A stretch of DNA of 64,000 nucleotides from Schizochytrium sp. TIO01. Taxonomy: Eukaryota > Protista > Bigyra: Labyrinthulomycetes. The notes beneath the pieces were generated by a model. The model saw only the letters and a list, made by a program, of their open reading frames with translations, did no database searches and had not been told where the DNA came from. This document shows positions 63,646-64,000 of the stretch, piece by piece. The position numbers and the translations under genes were made by a program. The stretch's first letter is position 1. Every line of letters starts with the position of its first letter. The DNA lies in contig SMSO01000014.1 in NCBI GenBank assembly GCA_004764695.1, forward strand, positions 3,901,648-3,965,647, in the 5' to 3' direction.

Positions 63646-63755
63646 AAAAATCATTTCATTGAGTCGCGGGTTAGTCTAACTAGCTCGTGATGAAGTCTTA
63701 GCTCTATGAAATGCAAGTTTTGCAAATTTTATAGTTTAAAATCTAAGAGAGACGC
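63604..63755 (+). ncRNA. Putative Fanzor omegaRNA (scaffold to about 63734 plus flanking guide)
   Basis: Nested stems: 63652-63663 pairs with 63702-63713 (11/12 bp) and encloses 63664-63674/63680-63690 (11 bp including three G-U pairs). Sequence blocks are conserved with the remnant, and the position at the element's right end is typical of TnpB/Fanzor guide RNAs. Confidence 0.65.
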
Positions 63756-64000
63756 TGTTCCACAGGTTTTACACTCGTGGCTATTCCCACAGGCATATAT
63801 ACTTAGGTTAAACACTCCAGTAAAGGTGTTCCTCCTGGCGCCACTGATAGTCTATCAACTGAACGAGATCGATCACTTAGGCTAGCTAGATGCCTACGCG
63901 CCTACTTAGCCGATCGCTAACTAACTACTTACCATACTGTTAATGGTTATGTAGATTTTACAATAATAATAATAAATGATGATGGTAGTGATAAATCACT

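Larger units (their letters stand above)
61644..63734 (+). mobile_element. Eukaryotic IS607-family element (tnpA serine recombinase + Fanzor2/TnpB)
   Basis: Two intact overlapping ORFs with IS607 TnpA and TnpB/Fanzor motifs. Boundaries were inferred from where similarity to the neighbouring remnant begins and ends; the true left end may lie further upstream, for example near 61550. Confidence 0.9.

Noticed and set aside
63735-63755. In-window target for the predicted Fanzor guides
   Set aside because: No convincing match to either candidate guide was found by eye elsewhere in the window; this needs a computational search.

Overview
Eukaryotic, intron-poor nuclear DNA with long single-exon ORFs, AT-rich microsatellite-laden intergenic regions and flagellar genes. 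This is most consistent with a heterotrophic stramenopile such as a thraustochytrid/labyrinthulomycete (inference, not verified). About 17 host genes are present: TTC29, DDI1, a DDX21-like helicase, a SEC14/GOLD protein, an MDR quinone oxidoreductase, a SAM-methyltransferase-like protein, an EF-hand/WD40 protein, three tandem paralog pairs (HSL-family esterases, MFS transporters, multi-TM class-3 lipases) and several unknowns. There is also a frameshifted nad1 NUMT. The standout is the right end (about 60.8-63.75 kb): an apparently intact eukaryotic IS607-type element encoding a serine recombinase (TnpA) and a Fanzor2/TnpB RNA-guided nuclease. The Fanzor N-terminal region is overprinted in the +1 frame of tnpA, and a structured omegaRNA-like 3' end follows the gene. 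Head-to-head with it lies a diverged, internally deleted non-autonomous copy that has lost both proteins but kept the omegaRNA scaffold sequence and a hairpin. All product calls rest on motif recognition by eye; no searches were run.
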